From contig NC_081361.1 of assembly GCF_030684315.1 (NCBI RefSeq), positions 51,753,553 to 51,817,552 of the forward strand: 64,000 bases of DNA, written 5' to 3'. The notes below the pieces were generated by a model. It did no database searches. It was not told the origin of the DNA and was given only the letters and a program-made list of their open reading frames with translations. This document shows positions 63,541 to 64,000 of this stretch, in pieces. Each line of letters opens with the position of its first letter. Within the stretch, counting starts at the first letter, position 1. The stretch is from Stegostoma tigrinum. Taxonomy: Eukaryota. Made by a program: the position numbers and the translations under genes.

Positions 63541-64000
63541 GCTGAAGCATTGACTGCTTTTTAACTTTACCAGTTGAGAAAACGAAAGGGCAGGAGCAAT
63601 CCAAATAGCTTCATGCTAAATTTGGCCTAGTAGCCTTATAAAAAGTCACCTGAAATCCTGCTGCTGCGGAACTGTGTGCTTAAAATCCTAAAACCAATGA
63701 TTTCAATATAGAATTACACCAATTTAGGATTGTCAGTCAGGCTCGTAGCATGGCGCACTCGCATGTACTCTACATGTGTTAATAGATAGCACCCTGTTCC
63801 TTGCAGACAAAGGCAAGTGCACATATTCCATCTACTGCAACAACAAGTTAAGTGGCAGCAAGCTCTGGCTGACTTCTGAAGGCCATGCCTTGACCACAGT
63901 CAAACAACTTTGTTTATAATTTAAAAAAATTCTGGTAGTTAACTTTCAATCATTTTTAATGCATTTTTTACAGAAACACTTCCTGTCATACATATAAACA

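Overview
Eukaryotic, repeat-rich vertebrate DNA, most likely a cartilaginous fish (shark), inferred from HE1-like SINEs and the CR1/Penelope landscape. Two host genes lie tail-to-tail. GADD45A is on + (4 exons, CDS 7172-8464, 155 aa) with an Oct/CCAAT/Oct promoter. GNG12 is on - (coding exons 37751-37671 and 34237-34112, 68 aa); its ancestral start codon appears to be ATA, and it probably has a ~5 kb 3'UTR. Everything right of 37.8 kb is probably GNG12 5' intron. The rest is mobile DNA: many CR1 LINE fragments (one young, 55.9-58.6 kb), tRNA-derived SINEs, a Harbinger>Gypsy>CR1>Penelope nest (9.9-15.8 kb) and many Penelope-like (GIY-YIG) elements. The Penelope termini carry a minimal hammerhead-ribozyme motif (CTGATGA-A-stem-GAAAC-GTC). 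This module also occurs alone with target-site duplications: a ~92-bp solo insertion, a ~300-nt tandem, a perfect 91-bp palindrome in the GNG12 intron, and an inverted pair that has captured 77 bp of neighbouring genomic DNA. All calls are by eye; boundaries of old repeats are approximate.
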